Source: Dehalococcoidia bacterium (GTDB taxonomy: Bacteria; Chloroflexota; Dehalococcoidia; Plut-88900). From it: a stretch of DNA of 64,000 nt. Made by a program: the position numbers and the translations under genes. Where the stretch lies: positions 1,088,001 through 1,152,000 of the forward strand of contig OZ240219.1 in NCBI GenBank assembly GCA_965197645.1. Reading direction: 5' to 3'. Below are positions 1 to 8,549 of the stretch, piece by piece. Below the pieces are notes generated by a model. It was not told the origin of the DNA. It saw only the letters and a program-made list of their open reading frames with translations, and made no database searches. Numbering within the stretch: the first letter of the stretch is position 1; each line of letters begins with the position of its first letter.

Positions 1-251
1 GCCACCTTGCGGGGCACGGCTACGATGGCGAAGTCGACGGGGCCGGGGATATCCATCAGGCTTTTGTAGTTGGGCACCCCCAGCTCTTCGATGCCCGGGA
101 TCTCCCGCTCGTCCAGCTGGACCGAGTAGACGGGCCCCTTGAACGGTTTCATGGCGTGGAGCCAGGAGTAGTTCGAGGCCTTTTTGTCGCCGATAACGGC
201 CGCCGTCTTAGCCTTGAAGATCCGGTCGAAAGCCGCGGTGGTGGGCGCCAT
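1..251 (-). CDS. acyl-CoA synthetase (NDP-forming) alpha subunit, CoA-binding domain; runs off the window edge
   Basis: Manual translation from ATG at 251 gives MAPTTAAFDRIFKAKTAAVIGDKKASNYSW...YKSLMDIPGPVDFAIVAVPRKVA, a typical CoA-binding domain. ATGA overlap with the stop of the beta-subunit gene. Confidence 0.85.
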   Translation of the reverse strand, partial: MAPTTAAFDRIFKAKTAAVIGDKKASNYSWLHAMKPFKGPVYSVQLDEREIPGIEELGVPNYKSLMDIPGPVDFAIVAVPRKV

Positions 252-955
252 CAGGAGGCGTCCTCCTCAAGGATAACCCGGGCGTCCACGGCCGAAAGCC
301 CGTCCTTGTAGGCGAAGATGGGGTTCAGGTCAATCTCTTTGATTTCGGTAGTGGACTCAACGAACTTGGACAGGTTCAGCAGGGTCTCCTCCAGCTTGGC
401 GATGTCGGCTGGGTCCTGACCCCTGTACCCCTCAAGAACGGGGTAGCCCTTGATCTCTTTGACCATCTCACGGGCGTCTCGTTCGTTTAGGGGGACGATT
501 CTGAAAGCGACGTCCTTGAGGATCTCCACCATTATTCCGCCCAGCCCGAACATAAGGACTGGCCCGAACTGGGGGTCCTTGGACATGCCGATGATGACCT
601 CGGTACCCGGCTCGGCCATCCTCTGGACCGATACCCCATCGATAGTGGCGGAGGGCTCCGCGGATGTGGCGGCTGTCACTATATCGTCGTAGGCCTGGGC
701 CACCTGCTCCTCGTTCTCCAGGCCCAGCTTGACGCCGCCTATGTCGCTCTTGTGAATTATCTGGGGCGAGAGGACTTTCAATACTACGGGGAAGCCGATC
801 TTCTTGGCGGCGGCTACAGCATCTTCCTTGGAGGCGGCCTGGTGGGCATCGGTGATGCTTATGCCCGCCTCTTTGAGAAGCTCTTTCGATTCCACCTCAT
901 TGAGGACCTGCCGGTTTTCGGCCCGCGCCTTGGCCAGCACTTGGCTTTGGGTCAT
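251..955 (-). CDS. acyl-CoA synthetase (NDP-forming) beta subunit, ATP-grasp
   Basis: Motifs GFPVVLKVLSPQIIHKSDIGGV, DPQFGPVLMFGLGG, EIDLNPI, AVDAR. Confidence 0.92.
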   Translation of the reverse strand: MTQSQVLAKARAENRQVLNEVESKELLKEAGISITDAHQAASKEDAVAAAKKIGFPVVLKVLSPQIIHKSDIGGVKLGLENEEQVAQAYDDIVTAATSAEPSATIDGVSVQRMAEPGTEVIIGMSKDPQFGPVLMFGLGGIMVEILKDVAFRIVPLNERDAREMVKEIKGYPVLEGYRGQDPADIAKLEETLLNLSKFVESTTEIKEIDLNPIFAYKDGLSAVDARVILEEDAS

Positions 956-988
956 GAAGATGTATCCTCCGTGAGCGTATCAGGGGAG

Positions 989-1017
989 AGAATAGCAAGA
1001 GGGTCAGGATGTGTCAA
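989..1017 (-). promoter_or_regulatory. sigma70-type promoter for the acyl-CoA synthetase genes
   Basis: TTGACA-N17-TATTCT with TG extension on the minus strand. Confidence 0.65.
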
Positions 1018-1221
1018 CGCGTACTGCGACTTACCGCTGCGGGTGCAGTGGAGGGAAGGTCTCCACCCTTTAACCCACCCTTCGATACGCCCATCCTTTC
1101 TTACACACCGAGCGTTCCACTACCCCTACAAACGGTCCAATTGAAACCTATCTTATACCTGAATTAAAATAGTTCAAAACCAGTAGTGGGAACGATTTCT
1201 CCAAGCAGGGGAGGGTCCTCT

Positions 1222-2703
1222 ATGAGCAGGGTTGTTGACGTCGAGATCAACAAGGTAAATGCCCTCATCACCCTGGGCTCGATGTACCGGAACGCCGCCG
1301 AAGCGATCAAGGAGTACGTGAGCAACGCTCTGGATGAATGGGCCCTTGCGCGACGCGCCGGCAGAGTAGAGGGGCCGTGCCGCATCCACTTTACCCTAAG
1401 CAAAGGCTCGATAACCATCGATTACAACGCGCCGGGAATGACTGAGCAAGGCTTCGAGTCGGCCCTGAAGAGCGTCGTTGATTCCCCCAAGCAGAGGTAT
1501 GACGTTCCCCAGATCGGTCACATGGGCATAGGCATCTGGGCGTTCAACCAGATTGGTGGCGATGTTACGTTCCTGAGCAAGCGGGACAAGTCCTCTCCCA
1601 CTGTGCAGGTGAAGTTGCGCAGACACTCTGCGCAGGCAGAGATTTCGAGTCCGTCCAGGGGCGGAGAGCGCGCCGAGCCGGGCATGACCATCATCATTAC
1701 GGACCTTTTCCAGGACCCCACCAAACGCTACGGCCCCCTCTCTCCCGCCCGGCTGAAGCATGTGCTGGCCGATCGATTCGACGCCTATCTAAGATCGGGA
1801 CATCTGGAGATCAAGTTGCAGTGCGGGAAGGAGGAGCAGCGGGTCGAGGCGCACCACCTCGACCCGCCCGAAATCGGTGAAAAGTACCGGGAAGTGCCAC
1901 TTCGCAGCGATCCGGACAAGGTCTTCCAGACCCGGTTCTGGTTCGATCCGTCGGGCAACGGCCGTGTTTCGATCCGTCATACCGGCGTGGTGGTCATCGA
2001 TGATCTCAGGTCGGGGCCGGAGTACAACCTGGACGATACGGTGTACGTCAGCGGCTATCTGAAAGGGTTCATCGATGCTGATTTCGTGACGCCGCTGCCC
2101 GCTAGGGCCCAGTTCCTGGAAAACCTGGACCTGATAGATTTCTTCGACTCCCTGCGCAGCATCGCAGGTGGGCTGGAGGAAGAGATGGGAGTCCACCACG
2201 AGGAGGCGGAGAACGAGCGCCGCCAGGGCCTGTTCCGCAGGGCTACCAAGATAGCCAGAGAGGTGCTCAGCCAGGAGGAATTCCTGGACTTGGAGCTGAT
2301 TGAAGGGTTGACCCGCCTGCGGCGCCAGGCGACAGAAGAAAATACAGCCAAGGTAATGGACCAAGCACGTACGGAATCGAACGGGTCAAATGGGCCCAAC
2401 GGAACGTCCCATACCAACGGGAATGGCACTCGAAGAGCATCCAGGCCCATCCTCCGGCAGGCGGTCTTCGAGACCGATCCCCTTCGGCGCAGCATGGTCT
2501 CTCAGGGCGCAATCGAGATCAACATCACCAACCCGGACTTCAAGGCCCTGTCAGAGCTGCCCCGGAACCAGCAAGTAGCCTACGTCGCTATGCTGCTGGG
2601 TAAAGAGGTCATCGCCTACAACGACGCCAGCGGCGTGAGCGAAGAGGCCTTGGAGAAGATGGTGGCTTACGGCACCCGGGTGCTCTCCCAGGTGTGGCAC
2701 TGA
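1222..2703 (+). CDS. MORC/HATPase_c_3-like GHKL-fold protein with degenerate G1/G3 boxes
   Basis: N-box AIKEYVSNALD, G2 IGHMGIGIWA, transducer-like LKGFIDADF, C-terminal IEINITNPDF. GGGAGGG RBS upstream of ATG 1222. Confidence 0.75.
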   Translation: MSRVVDVEINKVNALITLGSMYRNAAEAIKEYVSNALDEWALARRAGRVEGPCRIHFTLSKGSITIDYNAPGMTEQGFESALKSVVDSPKQRYDVPQIGHMGIGIWAFNQIGGDVTFLSKRDKSSPTVQVKLRRHSAQAEISSPSRGGERAEPGMTIIITDLFQDPTKRYGPLSPARLKHVLADRFDAYLRSGHLEIKLQCGKEEQRVEAHHLDPPEIGEKYREVPLRSDPDKVFQTRFWFDPSGNGRVSIRHTGVVVIDDLRSGPEYNLDDTVYVSGYLKGFIDADFVTPLPARAQFLENLDLIDFFDSLRSIAGGLEEEMGVHHEEAENERRQGLFRRATKIAREVLSQEEFLDLELIEGLTRLRRQATEENTAKVMDQARTESNGSNGPNGTSHTNGNGTRRASRPILRQAVFETDPLRRSMVSQGAIEINITNPDFKALSELPRNQQVAYVAMLLGKEVIAYNDASGVSEEALEKMVAYGTRVLSQVWH

Positions 2704-2741
2704 GGCCCAGGTTTGGCACTAGGGGCGACCGCTTCGAAGCG

Positions 2742-3218
2742 TCAGCCGGCTACCGACTGGGTTTCCTCGACCTGTTCCGCGGACGATCTGCGGGGGACTC
2801 GTACAATCTCGCCGTTGCCCAGTTTCCGGTCTTGAGGAACTATGGGCTTGTGCTCCATGACGACCTTGGAGACGGTGGCGGACCCATTGCGCGGCTCGAT
2901 GGAGGGAATGTCCCCCTCTGGCCGGCCCTGGAAAGTCCTGACGAGCCGCTGATTGGCCTTGGCTAGCTCCAGAGTAGCGTTGACGCTCTTGGACATCATC
3001 ATGGACATGTGGGTGGAGGTCATGGTGTGGGCGTCAAGCCGCTCCATCAGATCCGCCGTCGCTTGTACATGATCCTTCGAGGCCGAGACCTGGTATAGAG
3101 CGGCATCTACCATCCTTCCAACCTGCCGCCGGTACATCCAGGCCAGGCTGGCCAGAGCTATGACCGCGCCAGCTTGAACGGAAGATAACAGAATAAACAG
3201 TATGTCCCTGATCTCCAT
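2742..3218 (-). CDS. hypothetical single-pass membrane protein
   Basis: AGGAGGTGG RBS before ATG 3218. N-terminal hydrophobic helix (ILFILLSSVQAGAVIALASLAWMYRR), then a helical Met/His-rich segment. Confidence 0.7.
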   Translation of the reverse strand: MEIRDILFILLSSVQAGAVIALASLAWMYRRQVGRMVDAALYQVSASKDHVQATADLMERLDAHTMTSTHMSMMMSKSVNATLELAKANQRLVRTFQGRPEGDIPSIEPRNGSATVSKVVMEHKPIVPQDRKLGNGEIVRVPRRSSAEQVEETQSVAG

Positions 3219-3551
3219 GGACCACCTCCTAATAGATTGGCGAGGACCGGCCGGACCCATCGGCCGATTGCCCACCACCTAGGGCAAAACTATGGCATGT
3301 TATCACGGTAATTGCGTAATTTCAATACCTATTTTGAACTAATTCTAAAAAGAGTTGTTTGATGGACTCTGCGTCAAGCTTGTAGCATCGGCTTGCGCTG
3401 CTCTCATCGGGGGAAATTGCGCCTGTGGGAACGAGGCGGTGGCGTGATCGGGCTACGCTTGACGGGGTGGTCCGTGTAGGGCATGATTTGAATGTCCCAG
3501 GACTCGTTTTCCCAGGACCTGGTATGAGCAAACGGAGGGAGGTCACGAAGG

Positions 3552-3953
3552 ATGATGGAAGAGATCGTCAGCAAGGCCGAGCTTGTAAGAGCGGGCGCTG
3601 TTGAGTTCGACATCACCTACCGGCAGATCGGTGGTGATGAGGGGGTATCGATACAGGTCTACGGAGAGGCCGATAGCAAACGTACCGAGATGCTAAGGAT
3701 AGACTGCTTCCAGCAGGAGCCCCACTACCATTACGGCCCCGAGAACAACGATGAGCGGGTAATGCTGGACTTTACGGCAGAGGGAACCCCGGTGAACTGG
3801 GCCTTGAGCCGGCTTCGCAACAGGCTTATCCCGATGTTGGTCCGGGCCGGGTATCCCGAGACAGCCAGGAGCCTGGATGGCAGGCAGGTGACCGAGGCGC
3901 TGGACCAGGTGGAAGCCTGGACCGAAACCCTGACACGGACGAAGGGCGATTAA
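3552..3953 (+). CDS. conserved hypothetical protein (RxDCF...PHYHY motif; DUF7700-like from memory)
   Basis: Strong GGAGGGAGGT RBS. Motif GVSIQVYG...LRIDCFQQEPHYHYG. Confidence 0.75.
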   Translation: MMEEIVSKAELVRAGAVEFDITYRQIGGDEGVSIQVYGEADSKRTEMLRIDCFQQEPHYHYGPENNDERVMLDFTAEGTPVNWALSRLRNRLIPMLVRAGYPETARSLDGRQVTEALDQVEAWTETLTRTKGD

Positions 3954-3956
3954 CAG

Positions 3957-4931
3957 CTAGTATCCCAGCTGCTTGTCTATCACTCCAACGAGGGGCCGGT
4001 CATCGAGGAAGCGGCGTACGTTCTCGCACAGGAGGTCCACCGCTCGGCCAATCCTGCGAGAGGAGCCGCCGGCGGTATGAGGCGTCACTATGGCGTTGCG
4101 CATGGTCCAGAGGGGGTGGTCGGCCGGGAGGGGCTCCTCGGGGGTTACGTCCAAGCCTGCGCCTCCTATGGTCCCGTTCTCCAGGGCCTTTACCAGCGCC
4201 GGGCCGTCGATTATCGCACCCCTGGTTACGTTGACTATGATAGCGTGGGTTCTCATGTGGTTGAACGCCTCGTCATCGAACATGCCCCGGGTCTCGGACG
4301 TGAGGGGCGCACAGATCATCACCACGTCCGACTCCCCCAACAGGTCGTAGAAACGGGTGAGGGTCCATACCTCCCCGACGAAATCGGGCTTGGGGACGTC
4401 GTCCCGATCGATGGCGATCACCCTCATCTCGAATCCCTGGGCCCTGCGGGCCACCTCGATGCCGGTGCCGCCCAGCCCGATGATGCCCATGGTCTGGCCG
4501 CCCAGCTCCCAGGACTCGGCGCGGATGGAGGGCCGAGAGTCCCAGCTGCGCTCCCGGACGGCGCGACCTATTCCGCGTAGAACCCCTAGAAGCAGGGCCC
4601 AGGCGTGATCGGCCAGGTGGGCGCCTACCGTGCCCTTGGCACTGGTGAGAACAATGTCGCTGTTGACGAACTCGTCGTACATCATATGGTCGACGCCGGA
4701 ACCGATGGACTGGACCCAGCGCAGCTTCTTTGCGTGCTCGAACATGGGGGGATTGAACTCTCCGAAGAGGGCATCGGTATCGATCAGCTCCCTATTTCGC
4801 TGCTCGACGCTGGTGGCGACCACCACCTCTATATCTTCGGAGATAGCCCTGATCTGGGCGATCTGGTCATCGGTGAGCCGGTCGGCTACGACAGCCTCCT
4901 GCTCCAGGCTAAGGTTGACCATCAACTTCAT
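3957..4931 (-). CDS. D-2-hydroxyacid dehydrogenase family protein
   Basis: GIIGLGGTG Rossmann motif, NVTRG, GLDVTPEEPL, TPHTAG. Start placed at ATG 4931 behind GGGAGG. Confidence 0.92.
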   Translation of the reverse strand: MKLMVNLSLEQEAVVADRLTDDQIAQIRAISEDIEVVVATSVEQRNRELIDTDALFGEFNPPMFEHAKKLRWVQSIGSGVDHMMYDEFVNSDIVLTSAKGTVGAHLADHAWALLLGVLRGIGRAVRERSWDSRPSIRAESWELGGQTMGIIGLGGTGIEVARRAQGFEMRVIAIDRDDVPKPDFVGEVWTLTRFYDLLGESDVVMICAPLTSETRGMFDDEAFNHMRTHAIIVNVTRGAIIDGPALVKALENGTIGGAGLDVTPEEPLPADHPLWTMRNAIVTPHTAGGSSRRIGRAVDLLCENVRRFLDDRPLVGVIDKQLGY

Positions 4932-5080
4932 CGTTCCCACCTCCCGTGTTAGTTTGCAGACCGGAATGGAAGGTCAAGTATAGCAAGCAGCTACAAGCGG
5001 GCGCCTGCTCAAGTCGAGAGGGCAGCGGGCAGGCGCTGAAAACGGAGCCGCTGCCCCCAATACACCCGAGGAGGAAGAGC

Positions 5081-6595
5081 ATGGGCTTGAGACGTCCTAC
5101 CGCAGACGACTTGCTGGAGGCCGCCGCACTGAACAATCTGGACCCGACGGACGAAGAGATAGAGGCGTACCTGTCCATGGTCCCCGAGCTCTTCGAAGCG
5201 TTTGATACGGTGGACCAGATGCCCATCGAAGAGCCCATCGTGAGTGGAGCTGTACGGGACCCGGGCATCCGACCGGCAACCGAGGAGGACCCTCTCAACG
5301 CGATAGTGCGCCGTTGCAGGGTGAAAGGGCCGTCCTCCGGGAAGCTGGACGGTGTACGGGTTGGCCTGAAGGACAGCGTTTCCGTGGCCGGAGTGCCGAT
5401 GACACTGGGATCTCGGGTGATATCCGGCTACGTCTCCGACGTCGATGCTACGGTGACCCGGAGACTGCTGGACGAAGGGGCCGAGATAGTTGCGATGCTC
5501 AACATGGACGACTTCGCCTGGTCGGGGAGTGGAGGCACCAGCGCATACGGCCCGACGTTCAATCCTCACAGCTCGGAACACCTGGCAGGGGGCTCGTCGG
5601 CCGGCTCGGGAGCGGCCCTGTACTACGACGACATCGACATGACGCTGGGCGGCGACCAGGGAGGCTCGATCCGCATCCCGGCGTCCTGGTGCGGGGTGGT
5701 GGGTTTGAAACCGACCTTCGGACTGGTGCCCTACACCGGTATCGTCGGGGGCGGCCTTACCATCGATCACATCGGGCCGATGGCACGCACCACCCAGCAG
5801 GTGGCCCTGATGCTCGATGTCATTGCCGGGGAGGATGGTATGGACCCGCGGCAGAACGGGGTCCGTACCCAGGACTACTCCGGCGCCCTGGACGGCGACG
5901 TAAAGGGGTTCAAGATCGGCGTGGTGAAGGAGGGGTTCGGGCTCGAAGTCTCGGAGGCAGCGGTGGACTCATCGGTCAGGAGCGCCCTGGATAGATTTGC
6001 CGGCTTGGGCGCCGAGGTCGAGGAGGTCTCGGTCCCGGCGCACTCCACGGCCATGTCCATCTATAGCGCGGCTATGACGGAAGATTCAGCAGCTTTGTTT
6101 CGGGCCCAGGGCTTCGGCTATGGGTGGAGCGGCTACTACCAGACAGGCCTCCGGGAGACGCTGGGCAGGGCCTTCAAGGCGCAGGCCAACGACCTTCCCA
6201 GGGTGCTGCAGTGGACGATGCTGGTGGGTACGTACCTGAGTGAACACTACTCGGGCAGACTCCACGCCAAGGGGCAGAACCTTCGGCCCGTCCTCAGAGC
6301 CGGCTACGATGCGGCGTTGGAGCGTTACGACGCACTGGCGATGCCCACGGTGCCGATGAGGGCGGTCAGGCACGATCCGGCCGACGACTGGAAGGCGTTG
6401 ATGGACTGCATCGCCGGGCAGAGTGACAACTGTGGGCCCTTCAACATCACGGGCCACCCGGGCCTCTCGATACCGTGCGGCAAACCGGACGGCCTGCCCG
6501 TCGGGCTGATGCTCATCGGTCGGCACTTCGACGACGCTACGTTGCTCAAGGCGGGCCACGCCTTCGAGCAGAACGTGGACTGGGAGACGCTCTAG
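5081..6595 (+). CDS. amidase signature family enzyme
   Basis: Catalytic K (GLKDS), GGSSAGSGA, GGDQGGSIRIPASWCG, GLKPT. GAGGAGG RBS before ATG 5081. Confidence 0.93.
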   Translation: MGLRRPTADDLLEAAALNNLDPTDEEIEAYLSMVPELFEAFDTVDQMPIEEPIVSGAVRDPGIRPATEEDPLNAIVRRCRVKGPSSGKLDGVRVGLKDSVSVAGVPMTLGSRVISGYVSDVDATVTRRLLDEGAEIVAMLNMDDFAWSGSGGTSAYGPTFNPHSSEHLAGGSSAGSGAALYYDDIDMTLGGDQGGSIRIPASWCGVVGLKPTFGLVPYTGIVGGGLTIDHIGPMARTTQQVALMLDVIAGEDGMDPRQNGVRTQDYSGALDGDVKGFKIGVVKEGFGLEVSEAAVDSSVRSALDRFAGLGAEVEEVSVPAHSTAMSIYSAAMTEDSAALFRAQGFGYGWSGYYQTGLRETLGRAFKAQANDLPRVLQWTMLVGTYLSEHYSGRLHAKGQNLRPVLRAGYDAALERYDALAMPTVPMRAVRHDPADDWKALMDCIAGQSDNCGPFNITGHPGLSIPCGKPDGLPVGLMLIGRHFDDATLLKAGHAFEQNVDWETL

Positions 6596-6599
6596 GGAC

Positions 6600-7802
6600 T
6601 TATCCCAGAACGCCCTCCTCCTCGAACACCTGGGCCAGGAGGGCCACCCCCTCCCGGATGGCCTGCTCGTCCATGTGGGCGAAGCAGAGCCGGAGGTAGT
6701 TCAGACCCCCGCCGTCGGGAGAGAAGGCCGCGCCGGGGGAGTAGCGGACGTCCCGCGCCTTGGCCTTGGGCCACAGTTCCACGGTGTTGACGCCCTCGGG
6801 GAACCTGATCCAGATGTACATGCCCCCGTTGGGCTTCGACGGCTGTACCACCGATCCGAAATGTTCGCCGAGGGCCGCCAGCATCACGTCCCTTCTCGAT
6901 CGGTACAGGTCGATAACCTCGGCGACGTGCTCGTTCCGGTGCTCCCGTAGATAGTAGAGGGTGGCCAGGATGGAGAACTGGCTGGGGGTGGCCCCCAGGT
7001 GGATCGTGTTGACCCTCTTGGCCACGTCCTCAGGAGCGACCAGCCAGCCGAGCCTCATTCCCGGCCCCACTATCTTGGAGGAGGTGCCGCAGTAGAGGAC
7101 AGAGCCCGTATCGTCAAGAGAGTGGATCGCGGGCTGGTACTCGCCATCGTAACGAAGGTCAACGTAGGCGTCGTCCTCGAAGATGGGGATGCCGTGCTCT
7201 TGAGCAATGGCCACTATCTGCTTTCTTCGCTCCAGCCCCATGTCCGAACCCAAAGGGTTGGAGAAGGTGGGCACAGTGTAGATGAACTTGATCTTCGAGC
7301 CCTTAGACTGTTGTTCCCGGATGGCCTGCTCCAGGGAGTGGGCCCTCATGCCCTGTTCGTCGGTGGCGACGCCTATCGGGTTGGCCTGGAAACGGTGCAT
7401 GACCTTGAGGGTGCCCATGTAGATGAACTCGTCGGTGAGGAGAACGTCGCCGGGATCTACGAAAAGCTCGGTGAAGAGCACCAGGGCCTGGGACGAGCCG
7501 GCAGTCAGCACTATCTGGTCCGGATTGACCTTCATGCTCCGATTCGCCGCCAGGTTTTCAACCAGGAGGTCCCGCATGGCGGGGTGGCCCTGGGGGTGGG
7601 GATAGAACGCCAGCTGGTTGCCCTCCTCCTCCAGGGCCGTGTTGAGGGCCTGATGCAGGCCGGCGGAGGGGAAGGCTTCCGGGTCCGCGTTGCCGACAGC
7701 GAAGTCGTACTTGTAATGCTCGGTAAGTGGGTTGGGAGCGGTGGGGTGAGGTGGAATGGTGCGGGCGTACAAACTCTCGTAGTCGATGGGACTGGGTGGC
7801 AT
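6600..7802 (-). CDS. PLP-dependent aminotransferase class I/II (LysN/MocR-like, no HTH)
   Basis: YTVPTFSNPLG, FEDDAY, GTSSKIVGPGMRLGW, LRLCF. AGGAGG RBS before ATG 7802. Confidence 0.9.
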   Translation of the reverse strand: MPPSPIDYESLYARTIPPHPTAPNPLTEHYKYDFAVGNADPEAFPSAGLHQALNTALEEEGNQLAFYPHPQGHPAMRDLLVENLAANRSMKVNPDQIVLTAGSSQALVLFTELFVDPGDVLLTDEFIYMGTLKVMHRFQANPIGVATDEQGMRAHSLEQAIREQQSKGSKIKFIYTVPTFSNPLGSDMGLERRKQIVAIAQEHGIPIFEDDAYVDLRYDGEYQPAIHSLDDTGSVLYCGTSSKIVGPGMRLGWLVAPEDVAKRVNTIHLGATPSQFSILATLYYLREHRNEHVAEVIDLYRSRRDVMLAALGEHFGSVVQPSKPNGGMYIWIRFPEGVNTVELWPKAKARDVRYSPGAAFSPDGGGLNYLRLCFAHMDEQAIREGVALLAQVFEEEGVLG

Positions 7803-7879
7803 CCTCTCCTCCTGGACAGCTTTGCCGGAATATAGCACCTCCGTTGGTCTGGGGCAACGGAGGGGTTATACTTGGACGC

Positions 7880-8392
7880 ATGCAGTCAGGTGACGAGACC
7901 GTGAAGCTACTGGTTTTCTCCGATACCCACGTTCGGGAGATAGAAAAGCTGCATCCGGTGATAAAGGAGTCCTTCGATGAAGCGGACTGGGTGGCGCACT
8001 GCGGCGACTTTACAGGCGTCCGGCTCCTGGAGGGGCTCATCGAGCGGTTTCCCCGGTTCGTCGGGGTCCACGGTAACTCGGACCCCGACCCGGTCCGCGC
8101 TATCGTCCCGGCCGATAACTCCTTCACCATAGGTAGGTGGAGCATCGGCATGACCCACCCCTGGTGGGGCATGGAGCCCGACGGTATCGAGGAGAAGCTG
8201 TACCAGGACATGGGACACCACGATATCATCCTCTTCGGGCACATCCACGAACGGGTTGAGCGGCGGGTCAACGGCACCCTGATCGTTAACCCAGGCCCCG
8301 GCTATCCTGAGTTCATGACCCCCGGCTCATGCGCCCTGCTCACCCTTTCGCCGGACTCGGTGGACGTGGAGTTCCGCATCTTCGATCGCTAG
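7880..8392 (+). CDS. metallophosphoesterase, YfcE/calcineurin-like
   Basis: SDTH, HCGD, VHGNSD, THP, FGHIH and NPG motifs. ATG 7880 lies 7 nt after TATACT. Confidence 0.88.
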   Translation: MQSGDETVKLLVFSDTHVREIEKLHPVIKESFDEADWVAHCGDFTGVRLLEGLIERFPRFVGVHGNSDPDPVRAIVPADNSFTIGRWSIGMTHPWWGMEPDGIEEKLYQDMGHHDIILFGHIHERVERRVNGTLIVNPGPGYPEFMTPGSCALLTLSPDSVDVEFRIFDR

Positions 8393-8443
8393 TCCTTGGC
8401 GTGTCCCCGGAGCATACGTCTCCCGATGGAAGCGGACATTGTC

Positions 8444-8472
8444 TTGCTGAGCGTACTCAACAAAGCTATAAT
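8444..8472 (+). promoter_or_regulatory. sigma70-type promoter of the NMG cluster
   Basis: TTGCTG-N17-TATAAT. Confidence 0.65.
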
Positions 8473-8549
8473 GTCGGCTGTTTGGCACGCACCGCGGCCC
8501 GCTTCCACAGGGTCGTGAACGCCTTTAGCAAAGCTTGGAGAGCTCTGAA

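Noticed and set aside
1161-1175. GAAT...GTTC as a LexA (GAAC-N4-GTTC) box before the GHKL gene
   Set aside because: Half-site and spacing do not match the Gram-positive/Chloroflexota SOS box.
4946-5080. Long N-terminal extensions in the ORF track (amidase, ACAD, nuoB/H/J/K, thpR, methyltransferase)
   Set aside because: Downstream starts with an RBS or stop-start overlap fit family N-termini better, so coordinates were trimmed.
8482-8498. TTGGCACG as a sigma54 -24 box upstream of mgsA
   Set aside because: No TTGC at the -12 position, and a good sigma70 promoter lies just upstream.
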